A DNA stretch of 64,000 bases, taken from NCBI GenBank assembly GCA_963747385.1, contig CAVVEY010000007.1:393050-457049 (forward strand), in the 5' to 3' direction. The notes under the pieces were generated by a model. The model searched no databases, had not been told where the DNA came from, and saw only the letters and a program-made list of their open reading frames with translations. Positions 19,638 to 30,650 of the stretch are shown here, one piece after another. Each line of letters starts with the position of its first letter. Position 1 is the first letter of the stretch. The stretch comes from an uncultured bacterium. Lineage in GTDB: Bacteria; Krumholzibacteriota; Krumholzibacteriia; Krumholzibacteriales; Krumholzibacteriaceae. A program made the position numbers and the translations under genes.

Positions 19638-21756
19638 ATGACGCACAAAGCCCTTCACGTATCGGCATCCGTCCTCATCGTCGACGACGAGCAGGCGATA
19701 CTCGAGATTCTCAGGCAGTTCATTTCGGAGCGCGGCTACCGCGTCACGACCGCAGCGAGCGCAAAGGATGCTCTGGCTCTCATCGACGCGGAGACGCTTC
19801 GACGTCGCGCTCGTCGATCTCAAGCTTCCCGATCGGGCCGGCCTCGATCTTCTCGAACCGCTCGCGCGCGCGAATCCGCACGCGAAGTGCGTCATCATGA
19901 CGGCGTTCGCATCCCTCGAAAGCACGATCGACGCGCTGCGGCTGAACGCCTTCGATTACATAACGAAGCCGTTCGATCTTCTCAAAATCGGGGAGGTCGT
20001 GGACGCCGCCGCCGATCAGGCGCGCGCCACGGCGGACAACGGCACAGCCATAGAGGAGCTCTCGCGGGCGAACAAAACGCTCGAGGACGGCGCAAAGGCG
20101 CTGGAGAACAAGCTTCTCGTGATCAACGACGAGCTCTCGCAGACGAACGATTCGCTCAAGCGGTACGTGACGCGACTCCGCGTGCTCTACCAGATGGGGC
20201 GCGATATCAGCTCGAACGAGAACTGGAGCGACGCGCTCGACCGCTTTCTTATGGCGCTCTGCAAGTACCTCGAAGCGGATGGGGCGGGGCTTCTTCTCTT
20301 CAGCAACAACGAGCAGATTCTCAAGATCCGCACGACGTACCAACTCGAGAGCTCCTTTCTCGAAGGCGCGCTGCGGCGGCTTGCGGAAGCGCACGAGAAG
20401 GATGCGATCCCGTCGGAGATGTTCAATCTCGACAGCCGGCGCGCCGGCGCGCATGAAAACATGCCTCGAGATGACCGCGCGGTGGGAGCATACGGTGGTT
20501 CCGCTGCTCTACAAGGGGCGTTGGCTCGGATTCCTGCTTATCAGAAAGACGTATCGATCGCGGCGGTCGTACTTCAACGATTATCATTTTATCAATACGA
20601 TCCAGACGATTCTGACCGAAGAAGTCGCGAACGCGGTCAACATAAGCAGGCTGCGGAACCTCAAGGATTTCAACGAAACGATTCTCGAGAACATCAGCAG
20701 CGGAGTGCTGACGACGGATCACGAGGGAACGGTCACCTACATGAACGTGCGCGCGCGCGAGCTCATCGGCGAGCGGGCCGGGGCGGCTCTTGTATTCGAC
20801 GAGCTGTTCTCGAATCCGTTCGGGAGGGGGGGGCTTTTCGAGTATCTGATTTCGCGAGCGGAAGAGCGATCGGCCCTCGAATGCGCGCTCTGCGGCAAGG
20901 ACGGAGATCGGGTAACGGTCAGGCTCAGCGCGAAGAGCGGTGAAGATCGACGATCATCATGGAAACGCGGCGGTCGTGATCTTCGAAGATCTCAGCGCGC
21001 AGAAGGAGATGGAGGAGGAGTTGCGGCGGGCGGACCGGCTTCGATCCCTCGGGGAGCTTTCCGCCGGTGTCGCGCATGAGATACGAAATCCCCTCACGGG
21101 AATCGCGACGACGGCGCAAGTGCTCTACGAGAAACTCGGCGACGACGCGGAGCGGCGCCGGTACGTGAAGGTCATTCTCGACGAGATCGCGCGGCTTGAC
21201 GATATCATCAAGAATCTGCTCAACTTCGCCCGGCCGGTTTCGCCGAGGCCGAAAGATATATCGCTTCCCCGACTCATCGAGGAAGCTCTCTCGCTCGTTT
21301 CGGACACGGCGGCGGAGAAGGGAGTGCGGCTCCGATTCGAGAATCTCCTGCGCGACGACGGCTGCATGCTGGACGGCGATCAGGTGAAGCAGGTTATTCT
21401 CAATATCGCCCTGAACGGCATCGAGGCGTGCGATGCGGGAGGCGCCGTGAGCGTGTTCGTGCGGGAAGCGGCGAATGCGGCATGCATCGAGATCGAGCTC
21501 GCCGATACCGGGGCCGGCATACCCGGGGAGATCGCCGACAGGTTGTACAATCCGTTTTTCACGACCAAACCGGAGGGGACCGGGATGGGTCTTTCGATCT
21601 CGCGGAAGTTGGTCGGAGAGCAATGGCGGACGCATGTACCACAGGAGCAGTCCCGGCAAAGGCACCAGTTTCTTCATCGAGCTCCCGCGGAAAACGCTCG
21701 CGACGGCGAAGCGTTCCGCGGCGGGGATAACGGAGCGAGGTATGCGCAATGGGTAA
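19638..21756 (+). CDS. Hybrid sensor: REC - coiled coil - GAF-like - PAS - HisKA - HATPase_c histidine kinase (four frame breaks)
   Basis: REC (VLIVDDEQAILE, FDVALVDLKLPD, VIMTAFAS), PAS (NETILENISSGVLTTDHEGTVTYMN), H-box SAGVAHEIRNPL, ATPase (DTGAGIP, GTGMGLSISRKLV). Sense continues through frames 0>1>2>0>1 near 19795, 20470, 20937 and 21620. The TAA at 21754-21756 overlaps the next gene start. Confidence 0.75.
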
Positions 21757-23116
21757 GCGGATTCTCATCGTCGACGACGAAAAGGCGATACGCTGGTCGC
21801 TCGGCGAAGCGCTCGCGGGCGCCGAATACGAGGTCTCGGAGGCGCCGAACGGCCTCACGGCGGTCAAGAAGTTCGAGGAGGATCCGGTCGATTGCGTGAT
21901 CCTCGATCTCAAGCTTCCCGATATCGACGGGCTCAAGGTGCTCAAGAAGATCAAGGAGATCGACGAGGGAGTCTCGGTCATCATGATGACGGCGTACGGC
22001 GAAATCGAGACGGCGGTGGAGGCGGTCAGGGGAGGCGCGTACGATTTTATCCAGAAGCCGTTTCAGCTCGAAAAGATGAAGATCGCCATACGAAACGCGC
22101 TCGAATCGAGCGGCATGCGGGCGGAACTCGGGGATATCCGCAAGAAAGAGCGAGAGACGTACAATTTCAAGAATTTCATCGGGCGGAGCGCCGTGATGCA
22201 GCAGGTATTCGAGAAGATCAAGAAGATCGGGGCGAGCAAGGCGAGCACCATCCTCATTCAGGGGGAGAGCGGAACGGGCAAGGAGCTCGTCGCGCGCGCG
22301 GTTCACGAGTGCAGCGGCGCCCAGTTTCCGTTTCTCGAGATCAATTGCTCGGCGCTTCCCGAGACGCTTCTCGAGAGCGAGCTCTTCGGGCACGAGAAAG
22401 GCGCCTTCACCGACGCGAAGTTTCGCAAGAAGGGGCTCTTCGAGCTCGCCGAGGGAGGAACGATCTTTCTGGACGAAATAGGAGAAATGGGCGTCACGCT
22501 TCAGAGCCGTCTTCTCCGCGTCATCGAGAACAAGACCTTCCGGCGCGTCGGAGGGGTCAAGGATCTCCGGGTCAACACGCGAATCATATCGGCGACGAAC
22601 CGGGATCTCAAGCGGGCGATCGACGAGGGCAGATTCAGGAACGATCTCTACTATCGGCTGCAGGTCATTCCGATACATCTCGCGCCGCTGAGGGAGCGTA
22701 CCGAGGATATCGTCCCGCTCGCCAACCACTTCATCTCGGTATTCAACAAGGAGTTCAAGAAAGGCGTGAAGAAGGTGAGCCCGGCGGTTGGAAAGCTGCT
22801 CGAAGGCTATCGGTGGCCGGGAAACGTGCGCGAGCTGAAGAACGTGATCGAGCGCGCGATGCTGCTCGAGGCGGAAGATGAGCTGCTGCCGGAGCATCTT
22901 CCGCCGGAGATCGTGCACGGGGAGGCGCCGGCCGTCGCCGCGGGGGAGGCGACGAATCTCAACGATCTCTACCCGATGAGCCTCGAGAGCATGGAAAAGA
23001 TACTGATCGAAAAAACGCTCGCGGAGTCGGCGGGAAACAAGTCGAAGGCGGCGCGCGTTCTGGGGATAAGCCGGCAGACCCTTCGGGAGAAGATCAAGCT
23101 GTACCGCATCGAGTGA
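21749..23116 (+). CDS. NtrC-family sigma-54-dependent response regulator (REC-AAA+-Fis HTH)
   Basis: Intact 455 aa. ILIVDDEKAIR and DCVILDLKLPD (REC); GESGTGKE, GAFTDA, RVISATNRDL and WPGNVREL (AAA+ sigma-54 interaction); SKAARVLGISRQTLREKIK (HTH). It overlaps the kinase gene by 8 nt. Confidence 0.9.
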   Translation: MGKRILIVDDEKAIRWSLGEALAGAEYEVSEAPNGLTAVKKFEEDPVDCVILDLKLPDIDGLKVLKKIKEIDEGVSVIMMTAYGEIETAVEAVRGGAYDFIQKPFQLEKMKIAIRNALESSGMRAELGDIRKKERETYNFKNFIGRSAVMQQVFEKIKKIGASKASTILIQGESGTGKELVARAVHECSGAQFPFLEINCSALPETLLESELFGHEKGAFTDAKFRKKGLFELAEGGTIFLDEIGEMGVTLQSRLLRVIENKTFRRVGGVKDLRVNTRIISATNRDLKRAIDEGRFRNDLYYRLQVIPIHLAPLRERTEDIVPLANHFISVFNKEFKKGVKKVSPAVGKLLEGYRWPGNVRELKNVIERAMLLEAEDELLPEHLPPEIVHGEAPAVAAGEATNLNDLYPMSLESMEKILIEKTLAESAGNKSKAARVLGISRQTLREKIKLYRIE

Positions 23117-23131
23117 TTCGGGGTATTCGGG

Positions 23132-24611
23132 ATGGATCCGGAACTGTGGAGCCTCGTGCAGAGCGCAAGCGTGGAAACGCTGCTGCGCAAAGCGGCCGCC
23201 GGCGAAGGGGTGCCGGTGCGGACGTTTCCCGACGTCGCCGATCTTCTGTCGCGCGAGGAGCCTGCCGGGGGAGTCGTGCTCGCGATCGACGGCACCGGCA
23301 GATTCAAGAACTATCTCACCATACTCAAACGCCTCCAGAGGAACTATATTCGGATTCGACGTCATCGTGCTGGGTCCGCCGAAATCCTCCGAAGCGATCA
23401 CCCGGGAGCGTTCTCTCGGGGTCGATCGCTACCTGCGCCGTTCCCGTGAGGGAGAATGAACTTGCCGCGGCGCTCGCGGAGACCGTGGCGATCCGCAGGA
23501 TCAAGAGCGCGGTGAAATTCATCGGGCGATCGAGCGAGATAAACGAGATGTTCGAAACGGTGCTCCGGGTGGCGCCGACGGAAGTGAGCGTTCTCATCGA
23601 GGGAGAGAGCGGATCCGGCAAGGAGCTTACGGCTCGCGCGATACATCTCGCGAGCAAACGCCGCGAGCGGCTCTTCGAGGCGGTGAATTGCGGCTCTCTC
23701 GCGGAGGGTGTTCTCGAAAGCGAGCTCTTCGGGCACGAGCGAGGATCGTTCACGGGCGCGGTGGCGAAGAGGCAGGGGCTTTTCGAGCGCGCGAACCGCG
23801 GAACTCTTTTCCTGGACGAGGTCGGCGAGATGTCGCTCAGCATGCAGGTCCGCCTTCTTCGCGTCATCGAGACCGGGGAATTCCTGCGGGTCGGAGGCTC
23901 CGAGCGCGTGCGTTCCGACGTAAGAATAATCGCCGCGACGAACCGTGCGCTCGACACGGCGGTCGAGCGGGGCGAGTTCCGGAAAGACCTGTACTATCCG
24001 GCTCAGAGTCGTGCAAATCAGGATACCGCCGCTCAGGGCGCGGCCGGACGACATACCGCTCCTCGTCAACTATTTCGTCGCGCAGGCCGGGGCGAAGCAC
24101 GGCCGGAGGATTCGGGGCATCGAGAAGGCGGGGATGGACCTGCTCATGAGCTACCCCTGGCCGGGCAACGTGCGGGAGCTCGCCAACATCATCGACAATC
24201 TCGCGATCATGAGCAGGGATCAGACGATCCGCGCAGTCGATGTGGAAAACCGCTTGAAGGAAAAAACCGCCGCGCAGACATTTCCCGATCTTCCCGTGCA
24301 CGTGCCGAAGAACAGGGAGGAGAGTCGAGCGGGAGCTCATCCTCAATTCGCTGCTCTCCCTGAATAACGACCTCAAGGAGGTTCTGAGGATCCTCAGGGG
24401 GGAGAAGGCGCCGGAGGGCGGAGCATGGCGGGGGCTGGTCGAGGTCAAGGAGATCGACGGAGCGAAGCCGCGCAATCTCGAGAAGATGGAGCGCGACGCC
24501 ATACAGGATGCGCTCGGAGCGAACGCGGGGAACCGGCGCAAGGCCGCGCGGCAGCTCGGGCTTTCCGAGCGCACGCTGTACCGGCGAATCAAGAAGTACA
24601 AGCTCGGCTGA
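23132..24611 (+). CDS. Second sigma-54-dependent activator with receiver-like N-domain (at least four frame breaks)
   Basis: N-terminus GGVVLAIDGTG...FDVIVLGPP...GVDRYL; AAA+ motifs GESGSGKE, GSFTGA, RIIAATNRAL and WPGNVREL; C-terminal HTH RRKAARQLGLSERTLYRRIKKYKLG (TGA 24609-24611). Frame switches lie near 23340, 23430, 23998 and 24328. Confidence 0.7.
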
Positions 24612-24626
24612 GCCCTTCGATTCGAT

Positions 24627-24655
24627 TTGTATTATCGGCCGGCACTTGTTATAAT
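24627..24655 (+). promoter_or_regulatory. Strong sigma-70-like promoter upstream of PorV-like gene
   Basis: TTGTAT (24627-24632), a 17-nt spacer, then a perfect TATAAT (24650-24655), in a low-GC spacer. Confidence 0.45.
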
Positions 24656-24741
24656 TCTAAAGGAGCAACGAACGAACGGCCCCGAACGGCATTTATGACG
24701 ATCGCGTGTTTGCATAATCCCCTGGGAAATTGGAGGAACCG

Positions 24742-25798
24742 ATGCGTCAGCTCGTCGTAGGCATATGCCTCGCTCTCCTGGTCTCTCCATCGGCATCCCA
24801 CGGCGCGAAATATGCGGGGGAGTTCATGGCCCTCGGCGGAGGAGCGCGGGCCATGGGCATGGGAGGCGCTTTCATCGCGGTGGCGAACGACGCCACGACG
24901 ACTTTCTGGAATCCCGCGGGGCTCGTCGACGTCTCTTCGATTCGGGAGCGACGCGGAAGCTGGGAAGCCGTGCTCATGCACGCCGAACAATTCGGCGATC
25001 TCATCGATTCCAATTTTTTCTCGGCGGCGTTTCCGATAAAGCCGGGGGAATCGGCGTGGGGGATGTCGATCATCCACATGGGAATCCCCGACATTCCCGA
25101 TCATTCTGCTCGAGACCGGGCATGATCACGAACTCGGACGGCGACGATATCTACGAGCCGTATAATCCGCAGCCGGAAGGATTGAACCTGAGCGCCGGAG
25201 ACATCCGGTACGAGAGCGCGAACGATGTCGCCGCCATCTTTCTCCTACGCTCAGCGGTTCACGTTCGGGTCGGCGGGCGCGAGCGTCAAGATCATCCGGA
25301 GCGATCAGGTTACCGGGGTCACGAGTCTCGGCATCGGGCTCGATCTCGGGCTCCTCAAGCGCGACGTGTGGAAAGATCTCGCCATGGGCGTGAAGCTCCA
25401 GGACGCGACCGGAACGTATATCGGCTGGAGCACGGGGGAGCGCGAGTTCATCTATCCGGCGCTCAAGCTCGGCTGCGCGTATCCGTTCCGATTCGAAGGA
25501 ATGGGCAGCACGCTCGTTCTGGCCGTCGACGGCGACTTCCGTTATGAGAACAGGCGCGGCGCGGCGCAGTTATGGATCGGCGACGCGAGCGCGGATTTTC
25601 ATTTCGGCGCCGAGATTCTTATCAGGGATATCGTCGCGTTGCGCGGGGGGAATGGATATGGGGCGCCCGACGGCGGGGATGGGCGTCATGCTTCGCGATT
25701 TCGGGCCCTGGCATATGTCGCTCGGGCTCGACTACGCGTTGCTTCATCATGATGAATTCGATATGACCCATCGCGTTTCGCTGATAGCCGCTCGATGA
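24742..25798 (+). CDS. PorV/PorQ-like outer-membrane beta-barrel protein (at least three frame breaks)
   Basis: GGAGG RBS then ATG 24742. Signal peptide MRQLVVGICLALLVSPSASHG, then GEFMALGGGARAMGMGGAFIAVANDATTTFWNPAGL, typical of PorV/FadL-like barrels. Frame switches lie near 25105, 25240 and at a G6 run 25645-25650. It ends ...THRVSLIAAR. Confidence 0.5.
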
Positions 25799-25817
25799 AG
25801 CGTATCTTCATGAACGG

Positions 25818-27068
25818 ATGGGAACGATACAAGGAAATCGGAAATCCTTGAAAACCCTTGTCCTGATACTTGCCGGCGGCACCGGTGAGGAGCTTTCGGT
25901 GCTCACGCGCCATCGGGCGAAGACCGCGGTGCCGTTCGGAGGCCGCTATCGAGTCATCGATTTCTGCCTGAGCAACTGCGTTCATTCGGGTTTGCACGAG
26001 ATCGCGGTGCTCGCGCAGTATTCGCCGAAGTCGCTCATCGATCATATCGGCATGGGAAGACCCTGGGATCTCGACCGCAAGACCGGCGGCGTGTATATAC
26101 TCCAGCCGACGCACAACGGCGAAGCCGCGACCTGGTATCTGGGCACCGCCGACGCGCTCTATCAGAATATCGATCTCATCAAGAATTCCAAGGCCGATAC
26201 GATCCTCGTCCTTTCCGGCGATCAGATCTATGTGATGGACTATCAGCCGTTGCTCCGGTGCCACCTCGACGAAGGGGAAGGCCGTCACCCTCGCGATCAA
26301 AGAGGTTCAGGCGAGCCAGCGGTCGCGCTTCGGCATGGTTCGGTGCTCGCGCGAGGGAATCGTGACGGCGTTCCGCGAGAAACCGGCCGCCTCTTCCTTT
26401 CGTTTCGCGTCGCTCGGCATCTATGCGTTCCGTCGCGATTTTCTGCTCGATGCGCTCGGACCGGGAAAGACGAATATCGTGTTCGACGTGATCATGCCGC
26501 TTCTCAAGGGCGGCGACGTGGCCGGATATGCGTTCGACGGCTACTGGGAGGACATCGGATCGATCCAGAGCTACTACCAGTCGTCGCTTCAGCTCTTGAG
26601 AAACCGGCTCCTCATCACCGATCCGGATTGGCCCATCTTCACGAGGGGAAGCGAACTTCCGCCGGCGCGATGCGCCGACGGATCGCGCGTGAGCGATTCG
26701 ATCGTGGCCGACGGCTGTTTCGTGAAGGGACGAGGTCTCCGGCTCGATTCTCTTTCCCGGAGTGACGATAGAGAAGGGCGCCGCCGTGCGGGACAGCATC
26801 GTATTCTCCTATTCGCGCATCGGGCGGGGCGCGCGCGTGACACGGTCCATCGTGGACAAGTTCGTCGTGATCGGCAACGAGGCGACGGTGGGCGGGGGAG
26901 AGCGCGGACGGGCGGCGCCGGGCGCGCGGCACGCGAAACGCCCGGGCGACGAAACGGGAGGCATCGCGGTTCTCGGTCGCGGCGCCCGTGTTTCGCGGGA
27001 GCGCGCTCGTGCGTGCGGGGATGCTCGTCGAGCCGTATTCGTCCATCGGCGCGCGGAGGTCACGTTGA
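25818..27068 (+). CDS. Glucose-1-phosphate adenylyltransferase-family protein, GlgD-like non-canonical subunit (three frame breaks)
   Basis: LILAGGTGEELSVLTRHRAKTAVPFGGRYRVIDFCLSNC has a GxGxEL box instead of GxGxRL. Then GTADALYQN, GYWEDIGS and LbH repeats. Frame switches lie at the G4 run 26274-26277, near 26728 and near 26986. The stop TGA 27066-27068 overlaps the next start. Confidence 0.7.
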
Positions 27069-28338
27069 GCAGAACGGTCGTCTTCATTCTGGCGGGGGGC
27101 GTGGGCAAGAGGCTGAGCCTCCTCACGCGATACCGCGCAAAGCCCGCGGTTTCCTTCGGCGGCAAATACCGCATCATCGATTTCACCCTGACGAACTGCA
27201 TCAGGTCCGGTATCGACGAGGCGTATATCCTCACGCAGTACATATCCCGCTCGCTCGTTCGGCATATAGGAATCGGAAAGCCATGGGACATGGACAGGAT
27301 GACGGGCGGCCTGCACGTCCTTCATCCGCATCTGGGGTATCAGGCGGCGGACTGGTATCGCGGCACGGCTGACGCGATATTCCAGAACATTTCGGTGCTC
27401 AAGAGGCTCGACTGCGAGGACGTGCTGATCCTCTCGGGCGATCACGTCTACCTCATGGACTACCGGGATTTCATCGCGTTTCACAGAAGAGAGCGGGAAG
27501 CCGGCATCGGTCGGGGTGGTCGGCGTGCCGAAGGGGATGACGAGCGAATTCGGCATCGCAACGGTCGATAAGAACGGCACTATATAGAAGTTCGAAGAGA
27601 AACCGAAGGCGAGCAGCGGCAACCTTGCCTCAATGGGTATCTATTTATTTAACAAGGAATATCTCATATCACTTCTCGAAGAACTCGAAGCAGCTGCACG
27701 GCGATCTCGATTTCGGAAAGCACGTGATTCCGCATCTCGTTTCGAGGGGTATGATCTCGGCGTTCCGCTTCCCGGGGTACTGGTTGGATATCGGAACGCT
27801 CAAGAGCTACTATCGGGCGAGTCTCGAGCTCCTGGCCGAAAGACCGCGCCTCGAGCTCTACCGCTGGGAGTCTCCCGTTCTGACGGCTCCCGATGATTCG
27901 CCCCCGCTCGTGGTGACGAAAGAGGCGAACATCTCGAATTCTCTCATCTGCAACGGGTGTTTCGTGCGGGGGGAGGTTCGATCCTCGATCCTCTCGCCGG
28001 GCGTGAAGATCGAGAAAGGGGCGAGGGTCGAAAACTCGATCCTTTTCCATGACTGCACGATAGGGGCGGGGGCCGAGGTTCGCAACGCGATCATCGATAA
28101 GGGAAGCACCGTCGGCGCCCGGGCGAAGGTGGGTTTCGGAAACGCGCTCGTCGCGAACGAGCTGCAGCCGGCATATCTCGATTTCGGCATAACGCTCATC
28201 GGCAGGAGAACGGCGATTCCCGCAGGAATTCGAATCGGCACGAATTGTCTCGTGAGCGGAACGCTCGATAACGGCGCCGTTCCGAAGCGGAATCTGCCGG
28301 ATGGCGGTTACTTCATCGCGGGAGAGGAGCGATCCTAA
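27065..28338 (+). CDS. glgC: Glucose-1-phosphate adenylyltransferase GlgC (two frame breaks plus in-frame TAG at 27585)
   Basis: Canonical ILAGGVGKRLSLLTRYRAKPAVSFGGKYRIIDFTLTNC, then GTADAIFQN, SGDHVYLMDY, KFEEKPK, GYWLDIGT and C-terminal LbH. A TTG start at 27065 overlaps the previous stop. Frames run 2>0 near 27490 and 0>1 near 27695, with a TAG inside ...VDKNGTI*KFEEKP. Confidence 0.7.
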
Positions 28339-30218
28339 CCCGCTTTGACCCAGATCGTGATTTTCTCCCCGGGATAAAGCTTGTTGCGGTTGGTTTTGCG
28401 GTTCCACTCGAGGATGTCGGAAAGCCCCACCTTGTAGAGCCTGCCGATGGAGCTGAGGGTTTCACCCTTCCTGACGACGTGAGTGATTCGGCGCGCGCCG
28501 TCGCTCGCGGGGGAATCGCCCCCGGCCGCAGGCGTTTCGATTTGCGCCGGTGAAACGTCCTTTCCGGCCGTGCGCCCGGAGAACTTCGCGGAGGCCGCGC
28601 GTTCGACGCCCGAGGACGCGACCATGTGAATCCGCAGCGTGTCGCCGGGCCGCAGGACGGAATCGTACGAGAGATCGTTCCAGTCTCTGATTTGTGCGAG
28701 ACTCGCGTGGAATCGCTCCGCGATCTTCACGATCGTATCGTTCTTCTTGACGATGTAGCGCATCTGCTTGCTCCCGTCGACCACGGACAGGAGCGGAAGA
28801 GAGACGGCGTCGCGGGGCAACTCCGGATTCCGGTAGGACGGCCTGCTCGCGACGCGCGCGGGACGCACCGTATCCTTGACCGGTATGAGAAGGATGTTCC
28901 CCGCGCGGATCGTATGCGAGGCCGGCGATCTCGTTGAAATTCCTGATGTCCTTGACCGTCACTTCGTGCTGGGCGGCGATGCCGGAGAGGGTTTCTCCCT
29001 TCTTCACCTTGTGCTGCACGAAGGATCCCAGCTTGTCCCGTTTCATCGCCGCGAGGCGGTCGCTGCACTAGCGCTCCGGCGCCCTTGGGCACCTTCACCT
29101 CGACCACCATGTCGGGAGGCGTGCACCATTTCTTGAAATGGGGGTTCAGCTCTTTGATCTCGCCCAGCGAACAGCCCGCCGCCTCGGCGATCTTCCGCAG
29201 CTCGGTCGGACGCTCGATCTCGATGATGTCGAATTCGAGAGGATCGGCAGGGCGGTGTCACGAATCCGTACGCCTCCGGATTTCTGCCGATGGCGAGGGC
29301 CGCCATGAATTTGGGGACGAACCACGTCGTTTGCGCGGGGAGGCGGAGCTGCCAGTAATCGGTCGTTCGCTGGTTCGTGATGGCGCGCGCGACGCGATGC
29401 TCGCCCGAGTTGTACGCGGCGAGGGCCAGGGGCCACGACCCGAAGAGATCGTGGAGATATTTCAGGTAGTTCGCCGCCGCGTAGGTCGCCGCGACGATAT
29501 CCTTGCGCTCGTCCAGCCACCAGTTGATTCGGAGCCCGAACAGCTTCCCCGTTCCCGACATGAACTGCCAGGGACCGATCGCCTTCATGTACGACTTCGC
29601 GCTCAGGTTGAGGCCGCTTTCGATGACGGCGAGGTAGAGAAGGTCCCGGGGAATCCCGACGTCGACGAGGATCGGCTCGATGATGTCCCTGAAGGAACCG
29701 ACGCGCGCGAGCCAGCGCGAAAAATGCTTGCGCCCCGCTCCCTGGAAATAGTCGATCCAGTGCTCCGTTTTGCCGTTGTATTCGATCTCGATCTCTTCCT
29801 CGACGACGTTGTTGAGAGCGACCGAATCGATGAACGTGGCCATATGGGGACTCGTTTCGCGCGTCATTTCATCGTCGGACATGCGCTGGAGCAGGCACAG
29901 GGCCCTGGTTTCGAGGTATTCGAGGCGCTCGCAGACGTCGGCGCCGGAAGACGCCGCCCTGAGGCTCGCGAATCGCCTGCACGAGGTCATTTGCGGAGGA
30001 TGCGGCCACGTCGAATTGTCCGAAGTAGAAATACGCGGAAGCGCGATCGAGCTTCTGCTCGAGAACGAGGAGCTGCGGAGAGCGGCGATAGATATCCTCC
30101 GGCCGGCCGGCTGTCTCCGCCGGACGCTCCGAGCGCCGCTTCCGGAGCGAGCCAGACGCCCAGAACGAAAGGCCCAGGCGAACAGAACGGCCGGCAACGT
30201 TTTTGCTTTCATACCCAT
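28335..30218 (-). CDS. MltD-like membrane-bound lytic transglycosylase with three LysM repeats (about five frame breaks)
   Basis: Signal MKAKTLPAVLFAWAF. SLT core LAVIESGLNLSAKSYMKAIGPWQFMSGTG...AAYNSGEHRV. LysM units HKVKKGETLSGIAAQHEVTVKDIRNFN, YIVKKNDTIVKIAERFHASLAQIRDWN and HVVRKGETLSSIGRLYKVGLSDILEWN. Frame switches lie near 30170, 29965, 29255, 29065 and 28925. Confidence 0.7.
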
Positions 30219-30321
30219 ACCTCGCGGCTCCCGTCAATATATTGAATCACGGGGATTTGTACAAGGGAATGTGAGACCGATTCGTTCGGCGCGAATGGCG
30301 TGCCATTCTCGAGGGTTCTTT

Positions 30322-30354
30322 TGATGGCAATGCGCCTGCGGGTAGTGTATAATT
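30322..30354 (+). promoter_or_regulatory. Candidate promoter region upstream of small ORF/GGDEF gene (sigma-70-like -10; overlapping sigma-54-like box)
   Basis: Perfect TATAAT (30349-30354) with TGGCAA 17 nt upstream (30326-30331) or TTGATG 21 nt upstream. The same bases read TGGCAATGCGCCTGCG (30326-30341), which has the GG-N10-GC spacing of -24/-12 promoters. Confidence 0.35.
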
Positions 30355-30405
30355 GTAGTCGACACAAACGATAATCGGCGATCACGCCGTGCGAAGAAGG
30401 CAGAC

Positions 30406-30585
30406 ATGCAACGAGGGATTGAACGAGATTATCGATACCTTCTTTCGCGGATCGTTCCTCGTCATCTTCTCTCCGTCGAGCGGCGGGCGGAAATCGAGGA
30501 TATCCTTGCGAGCGGCGATCGTTTCGATCTCGTCAGGGAAGCGTATCTGTCGATGGAGGAGCTCGCCCGCGGCGGCGCCTTCTGA
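30406..30585 (+). CDS. Hypothetical small protein (59 aa), or a detached N-terminal piece of the GGDEF gene
   Basis: Not in the ORF track because it is under 60 aa. ATG 30406 gives MQRGIERDYRYLLSRIVPRHLLSVERRAEIEDILASGDRFDLVREAYLSMEELARGGAF, ending at TGA 30583-30585. The sequence is protein-like rather than Arg/Pro-rich junk. It ends 65 nt before the GGDEF start. Confidence 0.3.
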   Translation: MQRGIERDYRYLLSRIVPRHLLSVERRAEIEDILASGDRFDLVREAYLSMEELARGGAF

Positions 30586-30650
30586 GAGCGGCACGGTGAG
30601 CGCGGCGAACGGAACGGTTTCGATCTCGTACCGTTCTGCCCTCCAACGCC

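Noticed and set aside
27585-27587. TAG reassignment (an alternative genetic code or pyrrolysine) as the explanation for the in-frame TAG in glgC.
   Set aside because: TAG is the terminator of at least five well-supported genes in this window (ends at 3629, 42935, 48830, 59514 and 63153). The locus is otherwise riddled with indels, and no pyl genes are seen.
30583-30585. TGA read-through or selenocysteine linking the 59-aa ORF to the GGDEF gene.
   Set aside because: The two ORFs are in different frames. The intervening frame-1 sequence hits another TGA after 22 codons. I saw no SECIS-like hairpin immediately downstream.
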